This document shows positions 42,124 to 45,467 of a stretch of DNA of 45,467 nucleotides, in pieces. The notes beneath the pieces are model-generated. The model had not been told where the DNA came from. It searched no databases and worked only from the letters and a program-made list of their open reading frames with translations. The DNA is taken from positions 1 to 45,467 of the IMG/VR virus record IMGVR_UViG_3300048606_000041. One strand, written 5' to 3'. Numbering within the stretch: the first letter of the stretch is position 1; every line of letters starts with the position of its first letter. Source of the DNA: a virus. Its lineage: Duplodnaviria > Caudoviricetes. The translations under genes were made by a program, and so were the position numbers.

Positions 42124-43587
42124 ATGAGGACTGTCAATAGCTTGGCCCTGGTCGACCTGAACACGATTGTGGTCAGAAACTATATGGGGTCAAAAGGTAA
42201 AGAGGTTGGGTACACGGAGGAGACGACACTCGGTGAGTTGTCACTGATACGGCAGTCATGCGAGCACACTATCATCTGCATGGATCGGCCTCCCTATTTC
42301 AGGAAAGCCATCTATGAGCCGTACAAGGGAAGCCGCGAAGTAGACGAGACACTGAATCTGATCAAAAAGAACATACGACGTTCGCTAGACCTTCAGGGGT
42401 ATGTCGTTGCTCAAGCCGAGGGCTTCGAAGCCGATGACCTGCTAGCTACGCTAGCCAAGGTTTGCTACGACGTGTGCCCAGACATACGACTCATTACGTC
42501 GGACAAAGACGCAGTGCAGTGCCTTAACGACAGGGTTAAGGGGTTTGACCCTAATACGGGCAACATGCGAGACGTCGAATGGGCGTACAAAAAATACGGA
42601 GTAGAGCCGAAGGACATGGCGCTGTACCAGGCCCTGGCCGGAGACAAGAGCGACGAGTACAAGGGCATCCCGTCGTGGGGTCACGTCGAGGCCTCGCTGT
42701 CCATCCAGCGCTACGGCGACCTGGCGGGGATGCGGAAGGAGTTGGCGCGGAAGATTCAGGAGAGCGACGACACGCTCAAGCCCATCAACAAGAAGTGGGT
42801 GATGTTCATGCAGCACCAGGGGGAATTGGATACGTTCCTGCAACTGGCCACTCTGCGCACCGATGCTCCGCTGGATGTGGAGGCGCTGCTCGATCCGAAG
42901 GGCAAGCACTTTGACGCCGAATCGGTTGTGAAGGTGGTAGAGTTGGACACGCAGAATGCGCCGGCACCAGAAGAATTGACAGAGGAGGTAGAGGCTATGG
43001 CAGAACGCACAATCGAAGACGCTGCGCGCGAGGGGCGGGAGGCCATCGCAGAGGGCAGAATCAATCACCTGGGCAAGGAGCAACAGGCCATGCATGACGC
43101 TGAGAAGGATGACACAGACAAGAACGCCAAGGGCCTGGCCCTACTTCGCAAGCCGTTCCCCGAGCACCAGGTGGGCAAGCTACCCAAGGGCACCAAGACT
43201 CAGAACGAGTGCCCTGCGGGAGAGAAGAGAAACTGCACCGTGTGCGGCGGATGGCATCACCCTCGGGTCGTGCACCTGGACTATGTGGGGCATGCCGCGC
43301 TGACGAATAGGCTGTTGGACGCGGACCCGACTTGGGATTGGCAGCCGTTAGCCCTCACCCCCGAGGGCTTGCCCAAGTTCGACGCGAGCGGCGGACTATG
43401 GATCAAGTTGACCGTGTGCGGAGTCTCTAGACTGGGTTACGGCCATGCAGAGACCAAGGGTCACATGGACGCCGGGGCTCGCGAGAAGGTCGTAGTTGGC
43501 GATGCGTTAAGAAACGCGGCCATGCGCTTCGGAGCAGCCTTGGACCTTTGGTCGAAGCAGGACCTAGCCGTTGTCGTGGACTCGTGA
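42124..43587 (+). CDS. 5'-3' exonuclease (PolA-N/FEN-like) fused to a Rad52/Sak-like single-strand annealing domain
   Basis: LVD, FRKAIYEPYKGSR, FEADD, TSDKD, LAGDKSD..KGIP; then LRKPFP...LDYVGHA...RL...W.W...KVVVGDALRNAAMRFGAALDLW. Confidence 0.85.
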   Translation: MRTVNSLALVDLNTIVVRNYMGSKGKEVGYTEETTLGELSLIRQSCEHTIICMDRPPYFRKAIYEPYKGSREVDETLNLIKKNIRRSLDLQGYVVAQAEGFEADDLLATLAKVCYDVCPDIRLITSDKDAVQCLNDRVKGFDPNTGNMRDVEWAYKKYGVEPKDMALYQALAGDKSDEYKGIPSWGHVEASLSIQRYGDLAGMRKELARKIQESDDTLKPINKKWVMFMQHQGELDTFLQLATLRTDAPLDVEALLDPKGKHFDAESVVKVVELDTQNAPAPEELTEEVEAMAERTIEDAAREGREAIAEGRINHLGKEQQAMHDAEKDDTDKNAKGLALLRKPFPEHQVGKLPKGTKTQNECPAGEKRNCTVCGGWHHPRVVHLDYVGHAALTNRLLDADPTWDWQPLALTPEGLPKFDASGGLWIKLTVCGVSRLGYGHAETKGHMDAGAREKVVVGDALRNAAMRFGAALDLWSKQDLAVVVDS

Positions 43588-43591
43588 CGCG

Positions 43592-43828
43592 ATGAAGTGG
43601 CCAGCGGACTTGACCAAGCAGCAATGGAGATGCGTGCTGGCCGTGCGTGACTTGACTCGACGGGCCGCTTTCCCGCCCACGCTGTCTAGTCTGTCTGCTC
43701 ACATGGGCATCAAAGGCATCGGCGCGGTAACCCACGTGCTGCGCTGCAAGGCGCTCGGGTATCTGACCAGCGCTCCGCACAAGGCGCGGAGTTTTAGACT
43801 GACTGACAAGGCAATGAGGGCACTATGA
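43592..43828 (+). CDS. LexA-like winged-helix DNA-binding protein
   Basis: LTKQQ...FPPTLSSLSAHMGI...GYL...KARSFRL. Confidence 0.75.
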   Translation: MKWPADLTKQQWRCVLAVRDLTRRAAFPPTLSSLSAHMGIKGIGAVTHVLRCKALGYLTSAPHKARSFRLTDKAMRAL

Positions 43829-44727
43829 AGAATATAGAGTCATTGACGGAGGAGCAGAAGGCTAAGTTCCCGGCGTATGTGCGTGAATGGACGGACATCG
43901 GTCTGTGCACGGATCCAGCGGATAGACCGCGAGCTGAGGCCGCCGTGAAGCTGATGTACCGTTGCGCCGGGCTGGCCGAGCCATTGCGCATCGTGTGGTG
44001 CGGATCGCCATTCGCGCTGGTCAAGAAGCAAGCGATGGCTGAGACGGGCGTGCTGAACGCTCTGCAATCGCCCGTGGCATCGTCGGCACAGAAGGTCGCC
44101 GGTACTGGTGATTGCGTGTATGGGCAGCACGATGCCAACTGGCTCGCGTTCTACGCCTTCATGCGCGACGAGCTGGGTCTGAAGAACCAGACGGAGAAGC
44201 TAGCCGGTCTGACCGAGTTAGCCAAGAGTGCCGGATGGGCGTTGCCGTACGAGCGAGCCTGCTACGTGAGCGAGCGCCATGATACGGTCAAGAAAGACAA
44301 CGCCGGGCGCCTGCATTGCCTGGAAGGGCCAGCCGTACGCTACCCCGATGGCTGGGGCGTGTACGCCGTGCGCGGAATGCGCGTGCCGAAGGAATGGGTC
44401 GAAGGACGAGCAACGCTCGACCCGATGATTGCGCTCACGACGGAGAATATGGATCTCCGGTCCGCGGCGGCTATCCTGATTGGATGGGACCGCATCATCG
44501 CGCAGCTGAAGCCTCGCGTGGTGGATACGGACCCGGACCCGTCGATTGGAGAGCTGTTAGAAATTGACCTGCCCAATGAGCCTGGGCAGAAGTTTCTGCG
44601 GGCTCGATGCGGCACGGGTAGGACGATAACTCTTAGGGTACCTCCGACGATGCGCACAGCACTCGACGCAGGGGCTTGGACGTATGGGCTGGAAGGCAAA
44701 GACTACAACCTGGAAGGAAGGACCTGA
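43825..44727 (+). CDS. DUF6745-like conserved protein
   Basis: LCTDPADRPRAE...Y..AGL..P..VW..SP, GQHDANWLAFY, GWALPYE...SER...GRLH...GPAVRYPDGWGVYA; family name from memory, not searched. Confidence 0.7.
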   Translation: MKNIESLTEEQKAKFPAYVREWTDIGLCTDPADRPRAEAAVKLMYRCAGLAEPLRIVWCGSPFALVKKQAMAETGVLNALQSPVASSAQKVAGTGDCVYGQHDANWLAFYAFMRDELGLKNQTEKLAGLTELAKSAGWALPYERACYVSERHDTVKKDNAGRLHCLEGPAVRYPDGWGVYAVRGMRVPKEWVEGRATLDPMIALTTENMDLRSAAAILIGWDRIIAQLKPRVVDTDPDPSIGELLEIDLPNEPGQKFLRARCGTGRTITLRVPPTMRTALDAGAWTYGLEGKDYNLEGRT

Positions 44728-44730
44728 ATT

Positions 44731-45084
44731 ATGAATGAAGCAATCAAGCAATACGCGCAGGGTGACGTGATGTTCAATCGCGCGGAGAAGGTGCCGGAGG
44801 GCTACGCGCCAGCCAAAGCGGACAAGAGCCGGCGGCACGTGTTGGCGCACTCCGAGACCGGGCACCATCACGTCGTGGATGCCAGCGGCGTCATCTACTA
44901 CGAGGGCCGCGACCCGTTGGTGGCGTACCTCAGGCTGGAGTCAGTGGATCACGCAGACGTGATCCACCTGCGCGCGCACGACACGCACGCTACGGTGCGG
45001 TTGAGCGGCGGAGCCGGAGCCATCTACGAGGTGCGCAAGCAGCGCGAGTTTGACCCGGCTGGGGAACGAAGGGCGGCTGACTGA
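44731..45084 (+). CDS. His-rich partner protein (QGDV...ETGHHH family)
   Basis: YAQGDV, LAHSETGHHH, H...H, YEVRKQREFDP; a gene type I recall as usually adjacent to DUF6745-like genes. Confidence 0.75.
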   Translation: MNEAIKQYAQGDVMFNRAEKVPEGYAPAKADKSRRHVLAHSETGHHHVVDASGVIYYEGRDPLVAYLRLESVDHADVIHLRAHDTHATVRLSGGAGAIYEVRKQREFDPAGERRAAD

Positions 45085-45091
45085 ATGCTCG

Positions 45092-45126
45092 GCCTAGCGA
45101 GCGTCTACTGTCGGCGCTCGCTAGGC
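45092..45126 (+). promoter_or_regulatory. Perfect 12-bp hairpin immediately before the repeat array
   Basis: GCCTAGCGAGCG (45092-45103) / CGCTCGCTAGGC (45115-45126); no U-tract on either strand. Confidence 0.75.
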
Positions 45127-45467
45127 GCCGTGGATGACGGCAAGCGCGTCTGGGATGCAGTCAGGGGTGCCGTCGGGGATGACGCCTGGGGTGCCGTCTG
45201 GGGTGCCGTCGGGGATGCCGTCGGGGGTGCCGTCTGGGGTGCCGTCAGGGGTGCCGTCTGGGATGACGTCTGGGATGTCGTCGGGGATGACGTCAGGGAT
45301 GCCGTCTGGGATGACGTCGAGCAGGAGGTGCGCCGTGGATGACGGCAAGTGCGTCAGGGATGTCGTCTGGGGTGCCGTCGGGGATGCCGTCGGGGATGCC
45401 GTCAGGGATGCAGTCTGGGATGTCGTCGGGGATGACGTCTGGGGTGCCGTCAGGGGTGCCGTCAGGG
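45125..45467 (+). repeat. Proximal part of the 12-bp/37-bp hierarchical array, truncated by the window end
   Basis: 14 units, junction 45316-45352, then 9 more full units and a partial one. Confidence 0.97.
45130..45342 (+). CDS. First array minigene, 70 aa, 14 tetrapeptide units (alternative start ATG 45085)
   Basis: Same N- and C-terminal peptides as the other units; TGA overlaps GTG 45335. Confidence 0.6.
   Translation: MDDGKRVWDAVRGAVGDDAWGAVWGAVGDAVGGAVWGAVRGAVWDDVWDVVGDDVRDAVWDDVEQEVRRG

Noticed and set aside
45130-45467. Diversity-generating retroelement: the three main variable positions are the adenines of GTCAGGGATGAC
   Set aside because: No reverse transcriptase recognised, and the vocabulary is too restricted (no CGG, GCT or GTT; GGT always followed by GCC), which fits shuffling of a few alleles better than random A-to-N mutagenesis. 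A trans-acting RT is not formally excluded.
1-45467. tRNA, rRNA, integrase or DNA polymerase genes
   Set aside because: None recognised by eye; tRNAscan-SE and HMM searches would be needed to exclude them.

Overview
The window looks like an almost complete ~45.5 kb, GC-rich tailed dsDNA phage genome, probably a podovirus with a P22-like head-tail module. The contig is broken inside a repeat array present at both ends. The minus strand (~33.1 kb down to 0.4 kb) holds the late module: terminase, portal, GroES-like protein, scaffold, major capsid, adaptor, lysozyme, gp10-like tail hub, ejection proteins, tail fibre, glycosyltransferase and methyltransferase. The plus strand (~33.5-45.4 kb) holds early/replication genes: initiator, primase, DnaB-like helicase, a 5'-3' exonuclease fused to a Rad52/Sak-like annealase, and two LexA-like HTHs. 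Two things stand out. (1) The terminase contains a 342-aa intein with no recognisable in-frame endonuclease; instead an intact HNH plus 3xHTH gene lies wholly inside it on the opposite strand, with a sigma70-like promoter written into the intein's C-terminal splicing codons. (2) A hairpin-led tandem array of translationally coupled minigenes, each built from shuffled 12-bp V-[W/R/G]-[D/G]-[A/D/V] units between invariant 37-bp junctions, follows a DUF6745-like gene pair. All family assignments come from motif recognition by eye; no searches were run, so novelty is unverified.
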